Assembly (NCBI GenBank): GCA_031267335.1
Contig: JAIRZH010000010.1
Span: 1 to 30,622, forward strand
Reading direction: 5' to 3'
From: Oscillospiraceae bacterium
GTDB taxonomy: Bacteria; Bacillota; Clostridia; Oscillospirales; Acutalibacteraceae
DNA: 30,622 nt
This document shows positions 1 through 8,796 of the stretch, piece by piece; position 1 is the stretch's first letter, and each line of letters opens with the position of its first letter. The translations under genes and the position numbers were made by a program. The notes beneath the pieces are model-generated. The model made no database searches. It worked only from the letters and a program-made list of their open reading frames with translations, and was not told where the DNA came from.

Positions 1-246
1 AACATAAAAGCTTCGCCGATTGCAAGTTTAAAAGACGAGCTTTTCAAAAATCTGAAAGAACAAGGTTACGGCGATTTAGTTTATGAAACTGTGAATGCAA
101 ATTCTCTGTCATCGTTCATTAAAGAGCAAATTTCGGAAAATAAGGACAAATTGCCGATTTGGCTCGATGGTTTAATCAATCTTTACGAAAAAGTTTCGGT
201 CAGCGTTAGAAAATCAACCGGAAAATCCGGAATAGCAAAATCTTAA
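1..246 (+). CDS. C-terminal part of a conserved phage hypothetical protein (5' truncated by the window)
   Basis: Open frame 1 from base 1 to TAA at 244-246: NIKASPIASLKDELFKNLKEQGYGDLVYETVNANSLSSFIKEQ...VSVRK...; resembles from memory the small protein that precedes SSB-like genes in Firmicutes phage replication modules. Confidence 0.75.
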   Translation, partial: NIKASPIASLKDELFKNLKEQGYGDLVYETVNANSLSSFIKEQISENKDKLPIWLDGLINLYEKVSVSVRKSTGKSGIAKS

Positions 247-322
247 AATTGCAAGCAATAAAAATGCAGGACAATTTTTTATAAATGTATCAATTAAAAA
301 TTAAATTTATGGAGGAAAAGTT

Positions 323-1093
323 ATGTCAACCAATATTGAAGTAAACAAAGATAAAACAAGCAAAAACAGCGAAATTGTCTTAAAAAACAAAGATGCAAGC
401 GAAAATTCAGCAATTAAGAAATCAGGATTTACAGCAAATATCTCGGATGAAATTTTGGAAGAGCTAGTAAATCTAAATGGCAAGTTGGAGAAAATCAAGA
501 TTCCGGCAGGTGGCGGAACATCTTTTGAGTTTCCAAATTTTGAAAATGCAGACGAAACTATTCCTGTAAAAGAATTCTCGGCAGTGATTCTGTATCATCA
601 TCCGATTTCAATTTACTACGCTCAAGATTATGACGGAACAGTGGTCAGCCCCGATTGCATCAGCTTTGATGAAACGATTGGAATCGGAAATCCAGGCGAG
701 CTCTGTAAAAATTGTAGTTTTAACATTTTTGGTAGTGGCAAAAATGGCGGAAAAGCGTGTAAAGCAAAGATTCAGCTTTATATTTTGTGTGAAAACGCAC
801 TTTTCCCAATGTCGATTTTATTGCCTACAAGTTCTATTAAAAGTTTTCAAAATTATATTCGAAGACTCCTATATCAAGGAAAGAAGCTGAATTCATTGAT
901 AACGAAATTTTCCTTGAAAAGAGTTTTGAATAAAAAAGGCACTCCTTATGCGCAGAGCTGTTTTTCTGCGATTCGTGAGCTTGAACCTGCGGAATTTGAT
1001 GTTATCAAAAAATTAATCGAAAAGATTAAAAATTTTGCAGAGGAGGCGAAGAAAAATGGCGTACAAGTTAGTAACGAAACAAAGGGAAATTGA
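323..1093 (+). CDS. Putative phage ssDNA-binding/replication accessory protein
   Basis: 256 aa, RBS GGAGG at 311-315; PDC.S.D...G.G.PG..C..C.FN.FGS..GKACK and LPTSS..F..Y motifs; directly upstream of the polymerase. The function is an inference. Confidence 0.6.
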   Translation: MSTNIEVNKDKTSKNSEIVLKNKDASENSAIKKSGFTANISDEILEELVNLNGKLEKIKIPAGGGTSFEFPNFENADETIPVKEFSAVILYHHPISIYYAQDYDGTVVSPDCISFDETIGIGNPGELCKNCSFNIFGSGKNGGKACKAKIQLYILCENALFPMSILLPTSSIKSFQNYIRRLLYQGKKLNSLITKFSLKRVLNKKGTPYAQSCFSAIRELEPAEFDVIKKLIEKIKNFAEEAKKNGVQVSNETKGN

Positions 1094-2990
1094 GGATTAT
1101 ATTGGCAGTTCGGAACTTTTGGCGTTAGATATCGAAACAAGCCCAAATGAAAAGTACCGAGATGAACCAAAATCAGCGCTTGATTCACACAAATCAACAA
1201 TTACCGGAATTAGTTTTTCAGTTTCACACGGAACAGGGATTTATATCCCTTTCCGCCACCGAAATGGCGAAAATGCTGACTTTAAAACAATTTGGAGTTT
1301 TATCGAAGATGAAATCTTAATGGACCCCAAAATAATCGTAGTGATTCACAATTTGGCATTCGAGAGTGCGTTTTTCTACGCTCTCGGAATAATTCCGCAG
1401 TGCAAGATTTATGACACGATGGCCGCTGCTCAGATGACTTTGAAAAATGAAACGCAGTTTAGAAATCTTGCAGATAGCGGCCTAAAAACGCTTGTTCCTG
1501 AACTTTTAGAAATAGAACTCCCGAAGTTTGAAGTTGTAACCAACGGTAAATTTTTTGATGAACTCGATTCGAAAGATCCCGAAACTATCAGATATGCTTG
1601 TGCCGACTCAGATTATGCACTCAGACTTTATCATTATTTTAACGACTGGTTTGATAAAAATTTACCGAAACATAAATTTATTGTTGAAAAAATCGAGTCT
1701 CCGACTGCAGTTTATGTAGGTTTAATGAAACACAATGGTTTGCTTATGGATGTCGATTTGATGCTTCAAAAGCAGAAAGAATCGGAGCAAATTCTTACAA
1801 AGCTTCATGAAAAATTAAACTCCATAACAGGTGTTGAAGTCGGCAAGAACGCAAGCACGAAAGCGTTTAAGGAGTTTCTTTACAAACAAATCGGACTGCC
1901 GATTTTTAAAAAGACAGAGAAAAACTCTGAAGCGGTCGATGACGAAGCAATTTTATTATTGGAAGGATACTGCAAGACCGAAGAACCTGATTTTGTGCCG
2001 CTTTTAGAGATGGTTAGGGAATATCGTAAGATTGGAAAAATTAAGTCGACATATATTGACGGCTACTTGCCACATATAAACTCTGCAACCGGGCGAATTC
2101 ACGCAGAACTTTTTCCGCTCGCAACAGACACGGGCAGGTTCGCAAGCCGAAATCCAAATCTTCAAAATTGCCCTCGTAAAGACAACGACCCAATTGGTGT
2201 AAGAAATTTTATTATCACGCCAAAAGGAAAAGTTTTGTTGTCGCTTGATTTCTCGCAAATAGAACTCAGAGTAGGTGCGTTTTACTGCCGTGATAAAGCC
2301 ATGCTCGAAACTTACCGGAACGGCGGAGATATTCACGCAAAGACCACGTCTGTGATTTATAAAATTCCGTTTGAAGAAGCAGTGGATAAAAATTCTGAAC
2401 ACTACAAAGAACGACGAACAATAGCTAAAGCCTGTAATTTTGGTGTTTTCTTCGGTCTTTATCCGAACGGTTTACTACGAAGTTTGAAGTTTAAAGCACA
2501 TCTAAACAAAACTTTAAACGAATGCCGCGAAATCATAAACAATCTAAAGGAAGGCTATCCCGGACTTGTTTTTTGGCAGCACGAAACCATTGCAAATGCC
2601 AAGTTTTCAGGATTTACGGAAACTTTTCTTGGAAGACGAAGATATTTACCTGAGATTAATTCACTCGATAGGAATAAAAAGAGTTTTGCACAGCGCTGTG
2701 CGTTAAACACACCGATTCAAGGCACTGCAGCTGATATTTTGAAACTCGCAATTGTCAGAATTTTACATGGTTTGCAAGAACGGATTTGGTTAAAACCTCT
2801 ATTACAGATTCACGATGAACTCATTTTTGAATTACCAAAAGAAAAGTTAGATGAAGCTGTGCAGTTTGTAAAAGGTTGCATGGAAGTTCAGCCATTCTCT
2901 GAATTTGATGTTTCAATTGTTGTCCAAGCCTCATTTGGCACGAATTTCGGAAATTTAAAAGAAATCGAGGAGGTGTCAAGTTGTGGATAA
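1056..2990 (+). CDS. polA: Family A DNA polymerase with 3'-5' exonuclease and no 5'-3' exonuclease
   Basis: Exo I LALDIETS, Exo II HNLAFE, Exo III YACAD; motif A LDFSQIELR, motif B AKACNFGVFFG, motif C LQIHDEL. Start moved to ATG 1056 because of RBS AGGAGG at 1041-1046. Confidence 0.96.
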   Translation: MAYKLVTKQREIEDYIGSSELLALDIETSPNEKYRDEPKSALDSHKSTITGISFSVSHGTGIYIPFRHRNGENADFKTIWSFIEDEILMDPKIIVVIHNLAFESAFFYALGIIPQCKIYDTMAAAQMTLKNETQFRNLADSGLKTLVPELLEIELPKFEVVTNGKFFDELDSKDPETIRYACADSDYALRLYHYFNDWFDKNLPKHKFIVEKIESPTAVYVGLMKHNGLLMDVDLMLQKQKESEQILTKLHEKLNSITGVEVGKNASTKAFKEFLYKQIGLPIFKKTEKNSEAVDDEAILLLEGYCKTEEPDFVPLLEMVREYRKIGKIKSTYIDGYLPHINSATGRIHAELFPLATDTGRFASRNPNLQNCPRKDNDPIGVRNFIITPKGKVLLSLDFSQIELRVGAFYCRDKAMLETYRNGGDIHAKTTSVIYKIPFEEAVDKNSEHYKERRTIAKACNFGVFFGLYPNGLLRSLKFKAHLNKTLNECREIINNLKEGYPGLVFWQHETIANAKFSGFTETFLGRRRYLPEINSLDRNKKSFAQRCALNTPIQGTAADILKLAIVRILHGLQERIWLKPLLQIHDELIFELPKEKLDEAVQFVKGCMEVQPFSEFDVSIVVQASFGTNFGNLKEIEEVSSCG

Positions 2991-5900
2991 CAAGATTTTA
3001 ACTTTCGAATCTTCTTTTGAAGAAAAATATGAACACGCACTAAAATTTTTAAAATTTGTGTACCGAGGTTGCGATCAAGGTTTCATAGGTGTTACTGCTC
3101 TCGATACACGTTGGACTCAGTGGTTTGACATTTCAAGACCTAATGCATTAGAAAATACTGCAAAATGGGGTCTTAAGTGGGGTGAGAAGTACAACACTTT
3201 TTTGAATTTAGCACTTCGAAAAGTAGGAAACAAAAACAAACGTGGTGATACTTCAGATATTTTATCGATTTCTACGCTTTGGGCTGATATTGATTTTTTA
3301 AATTCAGGTCACGCAAAACAAAATTTGCCAAAAGATTCTGATGAAGCAATGGAATTTTTGAAAAAATTTGAATTGCTACCATCCATCATTGTTAGTACTG
3401 GCGGTGGTTTGCACGCATATTGGCTTCTTGATGAACCTTTTTTAATGTCAAACACAGCAGCAAATTTAGAAATAAACAAAAATGCTACCACCAGTAGTCT
3501 GGTAGCAGATGAAAATTTGAATTCGAAAAAAAGCCTTAACGAACCCAAAATAGATAAAAATAGAGTAGCGAATTCTGTTACAAATGAATTACTGCAACCG
3601 TTTTCTGCAAAATTTTTAAAAAGTGCTACTCAAAACGGCTGGAATTTGGACTCGGTTTTTGATTTGCCTCGGATGATGAGGCTACCTGGAACATTTAATC
3701 ACAAATTTAAAGAAAAGCCTGTTTGCCAGATGATTGAGTGTTCTGAACGAAGATACAGTGTTTCTGAGATTCAAGAAAAACTGGAGTTTGGTTCGGGAAA
3801 CAAGAAAATTCACAGTTATTCAGCAACTGCAAAGTTTTCCAAACAACAAAGTTTTTATTCAGAAAAACCTACTGTAAAAATTTCTGAACAATCATTACGC
3901 AACATTGAAAATATGATTGCAAAATGCATTTTTATGAGGCACTGCAAAGAGAACGCCAAAACACTGCCGGAACCCTTATGGTATGCAATGATTACGAATC
4001 TGGTTACTCTTAAAAATAGCGAGTCAGCGATTCACGAATTTTCAAAGCCGTATCCGAAATACTCTGCAGCTGAAACTGATGAGAAAATTCGTCATGCTTT
4101 TACCGAAGATAAACCACATACCTGCTCATACATCAAGGAAGTTTTGAATTTTGATTGCGGTAAGAATTGTAATGTTAAATCACCGATTGTTTTTGGTTTG
4201 CCAAGCTTTGAAGAACGTTTTAAAGATTTTCTCGTCAAAATAGAAGCTTTTTCTGAAAAGTTTAATGTTTCAGCGATTTTCTCAAATGAAAACATGAAAC
4301 TTTGCGGTTGGGCAAAACTCAATAAACCAAGTGAATATGCGGCTTTGAAGCTAAAGTTAAAGGGTAAAGTTAACTTAAAAGATTTTGAAAAAGCAGTACG
4401 TTTTGAGCTAAGAAAAAAGACACAAATTTCAAATTCAAGCATTGAACAAAAATTAAAACTCGATGGCATCGAACTTCGCGGTGCTGTTACGCCGAAAGAC
4501 TGGATAATTTCTCTGAAAAATGGTGTTCAGCGTATATTTACATCAAAAGAGAACGAGGAAATTCACGAGATTTGTCCATGTGCTCTCGTAATTTCAAGGC
4601 GTTTTGAAAACATCGATGATGGCACTCAAAAGGTTGAACTTTGTTTCTTTCGAGACGGATACTGGCATTCTGTAATTGCCTCCCGTTCACATATTTTTAA
4701 TCGTAATTCAATAATTAAGTACGCTGACAGTGGTTTGCCTGTTTCGTCGGGCAATGCCTCAGAGATTATTAAATTCTTGTGTGATTATGAGAACACAAAT
4801 CTTGAGAAAATTCCTCTAATTCGCTCGATTTCTCGCATGGGATGGGTTGGAAAGGAATTTTATCCTCATTTTGTCAAATCCGAGATTCAGTTTGAGACAG
4901 AATACAAAGAAGCTACAAATATTATGAGATGTACAAATGGAAGTGGCGACTTTAAAATTTGGAAAACCTACACTAAAAAACTTCGCGAAAATATTTTTGG
5001 CAGATTTTTGCTTGCATCGTCTTTCGCTTCGCCATTGTTAAAACTCCTTGGTCATCGAGTATTTTTCGTTCACATTTGGCATGATTCGAAATCAGGAAAA
5101 ACTGCCGCAATTAAAACCGCTATTAGTATTTGGGGCAATCCAATGAAACTAATGGGGTCGTTTAATGCAACTGCTGTTGGTTTAGAAAGAATGGCAGGGA
5201 TTCTTAAACATCTGCCGTTCGCGCTCGATGAACTACAAGTTTTGAACAGTCACAGGCAATGTGTGGAAAATATAATTTACAGTCTCGGCAATGGTTTTGG
5301 CCGGCTTAGAGGTGCAAAAGAAGGCGCAGTTCAGGAGACTTTAAATTGGTGCAATATTATCTTAACTTCAGGCGAACAGCCAATTTGCAAGGAATCAAGC
5401 AATGATGGCGTTTTAACAAGAGTTTTGGAACTTTACGGTAAACCTTGCGAAAGTGTGGATTTTGCTCACGATTTGCATATCATGAGTACCAATCATTATG
5501 GTTTTGCCGGGAAAAAATATATTGAATTTCTCGTAAATTTGATTCTTTTACACAGAAGGAAAATAAAAAAAGATTTTGAAATACTTCGGGGTGAAATAAA
5601 AAAGCGAAGTTTTGAAAACTCTGATACAGCTCATCTTGACAATATTTCTACCGTCTGTCTCGGAGATTATTATTCTTCGATTTCCGTTTTTGAAAGAGAC
5701 GAAGAAATGGCTAAAAACGAAGCAATTTGGCTTGGTGTTGAGATTTTTAAAAACACCAAAGATTTTGACAAATCAGATACAACGGATAGAGCTTGGGATT
5801 TTGTTATTGGTTGGGTTATAAGCAATAAAAATAGATTTTTACCTGATAGTACGCCGTGTTACGGGAGAATAGAAAATGATTTCGTTTATGTAATTCCTAA

Positions 5901-6123
5901 TATTTTACGTAACGCACTTGAAGAAAATGGTTTTAATTATGGCAAAGTCACACGTGGTTTTAAAGAGCGGGGTTTTATTGAAACTCGGAAAAACCAAAGA
6001 AATCACGAAATTATGCAAATTCCAAAACGCATTAATGGAATTGTTCATAAATGCTTTGTAATTAAAGAAGTTACAAATTATGAAATTAATAATGATGAAA
6101 ACACAGTAAATAAGCCACTTTAA
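2983..6123 (+). CDS. Primase-helicase fusion: RepB/AEP-like primase, Cys-rich PriL-CTD-like domain, DUF927 and Cch-like ATPase/helicase
   Basis: WADIDF, STGGGLHAYWLL and DLPRMMRLPGTFNHK primase motifs; Walker A-like HDSKSGKT, Walker B-like FALDELQ, ILTSGE; GTG start with RBS GAGGAGG overlapping the polA end. Confidence 0.88.
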   Translation: MDNKILTFESSFEEKYEHALKFLKFVYRGCDQGFIGVTALDTRWTQWFDISRPNALENTAKWGLKWGEKYNTFLNLALRKVGNKNKRGDTSDILSISTLWADIDFLNSGHAKQNLPKDSDEAMEFLKKFELLPSIIVSTGGGLHAYWLLDEPFLMSNTAANLEINKNATTSSLVADENLNSKKSLNEPKIDKNRVANSVTNELLQPFSAKFLKSATQNGWNLDSVFDLPRMMRLPGTFNHKFKEKPVCQMIECSERRYSVSEIQEKLEFGSGNKKIHSYSATAKFSKQQSFYSEKPTVKISEQSLRNIENMIAKCIFMRHCKENAKTLPEPLWYAMITNLVTLKNSESAIHEFSKPYPKYSAAETDEKIRHAFTEDKPHTCSYIKEVLNFDCGKNCNVKSPIVFGLPSFEERFKDFLVKIEAFSEKFNVSAIFSNENMKLCGWAKLNKPSEYAALKLKLKGKVNLKDFEKAVRFELRKKTQISNSSIEQKLKLDGIELRGAVTPKDWIISLKNGVQRIFTSKENEEIHEICPCALVISRRFENIDDGTQKVELCFFRDGYWHSVIASRSHIFNRNSIIKYADSGLPVSSGNASEIIKFLCDYENTNLEKIPLIRSISRMGWVGKEFYPHFVKSEIQFETEYKEATNIMRCTNGSGDFKIWKTYTKKLRENIFGRFLLASSFASPLLKLLGHRVFFVHIWHDSKSGKTAAIKTAISIWGNPMKLMGSFNATAVGLERMAGILKHLPFALDELQVLNSHRQCVENIIYSLGNGFGRLRGAKEGAVQETLNWCNIILTSGEQPICKESSNDGVLTRVLELYGKPCESVDFAHDLHIMSTNHYGFAGKKYIEFLVNLILLHRRKIKKDFEILRGEIKKRSFENSDTAHLDNISTVCLGDYYSSISVFERDEEMAKNEAIWLGVEIFKNTKDFDKSDTTDRAWDFVIGWVISNKNRFLPDSTPCYGRIENDFVYVIPNILRNALEENGFNYGKVTRGFKERGFIETRKNQRNHEIMQIPKRINGIVHKCFVIKEVTNYEINNDENTVNKPL

Positions 6124-6128
6124 AAAGA

Positions 6129-6362
6129 TGTAACCTTGTAACTCCATTTTTGTACACATACACCGTGTTTATTAGAGTTTATATAAATAAAAATTAGAAA
6201 GTAAACATTAAAAAATTGAGTTTATATCACTCTATATAACATATAAAAATTATTTTAAGGTTACAAAGGTTACTTATATTTATAATTTGGCGTAATTACT
6301 GGATTTCAAGGCGTAACCTTTTTGTGAAAATTTGTGGTTACAAGAGGTTTCAGAGGGTACAA
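6129..6362. repeat. Candidate replication origin: AT-rich spacer with GTAACC/GGTTAC iteron-like repeats
   Basis: TGTAACC 6129, TGTAACT 6137, AGGTTACA 6258, AGGTTACT 6267, CGTAACCT 6312, GGTTACA 6336, GGTTTCA 6346, GGGTACA 6355; immediately downstream of the primase-helicase gene. Confidence 0.6.
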
Positions 6363-6379
6363 AAAACAGGAGGTCAAAA

Positions 6380-6667
6380 ATGCTTGAAAAAACAATAACA
6401 AACAAAATCTTAAAGTTTTTAAAAACTCAGCCAAACTGCTTTGCTTGGAAAACTCATGGAGATAGTTTTAGCCAAGCCGGGATTCCCGATATCATCTGTT
6501 GTTTTGATGGAAAATTTCTAGCGTTTGAAGTTAAAGCTCCAAACGGAAAACTTTCAAAGCTGCAGGAAATCATCATTGAAAAAATCAGAAATGCAAATGG
6601 ATTGGCGTTTAAAGTTACGAGTTTGGAAGAAGTAGAGAAAATCTTTAGGGAGGTGAGCACGATATGA
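6380..6667 (+). CDS. VRR-NUC (PD-(D/E)XK) nuclease
   Basis: GIPDIICC...FLAFEVK motif; start ATG 6380 after RBS AGGAGG. Confidence 0.92.
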   Translation: MLEKTITNKILKFLKTQPNCFAWKTHGDSFSQAGIPDIICCFDGKFLAFEVKAPNGKLSKLQEIIIEKIRNANGLAFKVTSLEEVEKIFREVSTI

Positions 6668-6683
6668 GAATTTGTTTTTTAAT

Positions 6684-6992
6684 GGCAAAGTTAAAAGTTT
6701 CATAAACACAAAATTGAAAATTACACAAATACAAATTTTAAAATTTCATAAATACAGAATTAAAAGTTACACAAATACAAAATTATAAAACTACAAAGCT
6801 ATTAAAGATATAAAATTAAAACCGAGAAACTGAAAGTTATAAAAACACATAAGCTGAAAATTTAAAATTTAAAAAAACATAAAACACAAATTACAAAATA
6901 AAAAGTCACAAGTCATAAAGTTATAAGCCATAAATCGAAAAGTACAAATTTACAAACTTCAAACTGCAAATCACAAAGTTCGAAGACGAAAG
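6684..6992 (+). repeat. Degenerate ~7-nt tandem array, A-rich on the + strand, non-coding
   Basis: Units such as TACAAAC TTCAAAC TGCAAAT CACAAAG TTCGAAG ACGAAAG; no ORF of 60 aa or more in any frame. Confidence 0.7.
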
Positions 6993-7037
6993 TTTTATTG
7001 GGTTTTAACCATTATTTTGTAAATTTGGAGGATTTTT

Positions 7038-7490
7038 ATGTCAATTATTTGGAAATATATAAACAAAAATGCTATTGCGATTGAAGCAATCAGGGATTTT
7101 GAAAATATGAGAAGCATTATTAATAACACGCCCGCTGAAATCAAGGAGAAATATTATAAACTTTTTTCTCCTGCATCATCAAAATTAAGTTTATTTCCAA
7201 AACACCGCGAACTAAATTTTACGGAAGCTTTAACGGTAAGTTTGCTCGATAAAATCGACATTCTCAACGAACGCTACCGCCAGGCGATAGAGTACATGAA
7301 GTGGTTTGAGCCCGCATGGTCAAATCTTTCTGACCAAGAACAGGCTGTGCTCAGCGAATTTTACAGCGATAATTTACGCTCCGGTGCCGCTGTGCGATTG
7401 ATGCATAAAATAAATTACAGCGAACGCCAAATACACAGAATACGAGAAAAAGCATTAAGGACATTATCAACTGTCCTGTTCGGAAAATAA
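7038..7490 (+). CDS. Phage late-transcription activator-like protein (RinA/ArpU-like, C-terminal sigma-4-like HTH)
   Basis: 150 aa; AWSNLSDQEQAVLSEFY and YSERQIHRIREKAL HTH pattern; last gene before the packaging module. Confidence 0.75.
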   Translation: MSIIWKYINKNAIAIEAIRDFENMRSIINNTPAEIKEKYYKLFSPASSKLSLFPKHRELNFTEALTVSLLDKIDILNERYRQAIEYMKWFEPAWSNLSDQEQAVLSEFYSDNLRSGAAVRLMHKINYSERQIHRIREKALRTLSTVLFGK

Positions 7491-7492
7491 GT

Positions 7493-7536
7493 TGGCAGTT
7501 TAGTGGCAGTTTATTTCTGTTTTGGCACGATAATAT
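7493..7536 (+). promoter_or_regulatory. Candidate late promoter with direct-repeat activator site
   Basis: TGGCAGTTT at 7493 and 7504 (11-bp period) over the -35 region; -10-like GATAAT/TAATAT at 7529-7536. Confidence 0.5.
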
Positions 7537-7558
7537 AGTAACATGAGCAATTTATGCG

Positions 7559-7591
7559 AGGCTTCGGCAGGAAACTGCCGGAGCTTTTGTT
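7559..7591 (+). terminator. Intrinsic terminator-like hairpin upstream of the HNH gene
   Basis: GCTTCGGCAG-GAAA-CTGCCGGAGC followed by TTTTGTT. Confidence 0.7.
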
Positions 7592-7612
7592 ATGCCCGAA
7601 GGAGTGAACCAA

Positions 7613-7990
7613 ATGCCATACAAACCCAAATTACCATGCCGTTTCGTCGGTTGTCACAGACTGACAAATCAAGGCTACTGTGAGGAACACCGTAAAACTA
7701 TTCACAATCGCTACAACAAATACCAACGAGATCCAAACTGCAACAAGCGCTATGGCTATGTTTGGAAGCAAATCCGCAAAGAATTTTTAAAACTTCATCC
7801 ACTCTGTGAAATATGTAAACGAAACGGAAAGCTGACGCTTACACAAGAAGTACACCACCATGTAGCACTTGATTCAGGAGGTACACATGATTTCTCAAAT
7901 TTACAAGCACTTTGTAAGGCTTGCCACTCAAAAGTTTCAGCAGACAGCGGGCAACGCTGGCACAACAGACATAAAGTTAAGTTTTATTAA
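7613..7990 (+). CDS. Phage HNH endonuclease (packaging-associated)
   Basis: CEIC...EVHHH...SNLQALCKACHS; N-terminal C..GC...YCEEH; start ATG 7613 after RBS AAGGAG. Confidence 0.93.
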   Translation: MPYKPKLPCRFVGCHRLTNQGYCEEHRKTIHNRYNKYQRDPNCNKRYGYVWKQIRKEFLKLHPLCEICKRNGKLTLTQEVHHHVALDSGGTHDFSNLQALCKACHSKVSADSGQRWHNRHKVKFY

Positions 7991-8075
7991 CTTTACTTTT
8001 GTAAAAATGTACAAGATGTAATTAAGATTTATTAAAAATATTTAAAAATCAAAAACATAAACGTAACAATAAGCC

Positions 8076-8156
8076 AATAGGGTGGTCATTATTTGTACAA
8101 CTTGCACAAAAAATCAGCGGCGTGGGGTCACGCGCACAAAAAAGGCAGTTCAAACA
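8076..8156. other. Candidate cos region
   Basis: GC-rich island between HNH and terS with inverted repeat GCGTG-GGGT-CACGC at 8120-8133; the HNH-cos-terS layout is established for HK97-like phages. Confidence 0.55.
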
Positions 8157-8205
8157 AGAAAAACGCATATTGAACCTAAAATAAAATCAAAGGTGTTGAA
8201 ACGAA

Positions 8206-8796
8206 ATGGCAAAAGATGGTACTTACAGAGGCGGTCGGCGAGTTCGGTCGGGCGAAAAACCGAGTTCTTTGGCAGATAAAATTACAAACGGAAATCCCGC
8301 ACAAATCCTTGATTTCCCTGATTTTAATTTAGAACCAATACCTGAATCTGAAGTTGAAGATTTGAAGAATTTGGCTGATCTAAAAGGCGAAGATATTCCA
8401 AAGCCAAGTGATTATCTTATCGCAAGACAAAAAGACGGCAAAATTTTAGGTGCAGACAAAATTTATGAAGAAACTTGGCAATGGCTCAAAGCCAGACGAT
8501 GTGAAAAATTTGTAAACCCAAGGCTTTTAGAAAGCTATTCGCAAGCATTTGCAAGATATGTTCAGTGTGAAAATGCAATCAGCGAGTACGGATTTTTAGG
8601 GAAACATCCCAAGACCGGTGGTGCGATTGCAAATCCGTTTGTGCAGATGAGTTTGTCTTTTCAAAAACAGGCAAATCTTTTGTGGTACGAGATTTTCGAT
8701 ATCGTCAAGCAAAATTGCACAACTAACTTCATCGGAACTCCGCAAGATGATTTGATGGAAAAATTATTAACCTCAAAAAGAGGTGATAGTTCTTGA
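8206..8796 (+). CDS. terS: Terminase small subunit (P27-like)
   Basis: MAKDGTYRGGRRVRSGEK N-terminus; GFLGKHPKTGGAIANPFVQMS; located after HNH/cos. Confidence 0.88.
   Translation: MAKDGTYRGGRRVRSGEKPSSLADKITNGNPAQILDFPDFNLEPIPESEVEDLKNLADLKGEDIPKPSDYLIARQKDGKILGADKIYEETWQWLKARRCEKFVNPRLLESYSQAFARYVQCENAISEYGFLGKHPKTGGAIANPFVQMSLSFQKQANLLWYEIFDIVKQNCTTNFIGTPQDDLMEKLLTSKRGDSS

Noticed and set aside
1056-2990. DpoZ-type polymerase / Z-genome system
   Set aside because: No purZ, datZ or mazZ-like genes are visible, and the sequence alone gives no support
6684-6992. CRISPR array
   Set aside because: No conserved 23-47 bp repeat with unique spacers and no cas genes; the unit is ~7 nt and degenerate
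8082-8279. 65-aa + strand ORF
   Set aside because: Overlaps the cos-like site and the terS start in another frame; no good RBS
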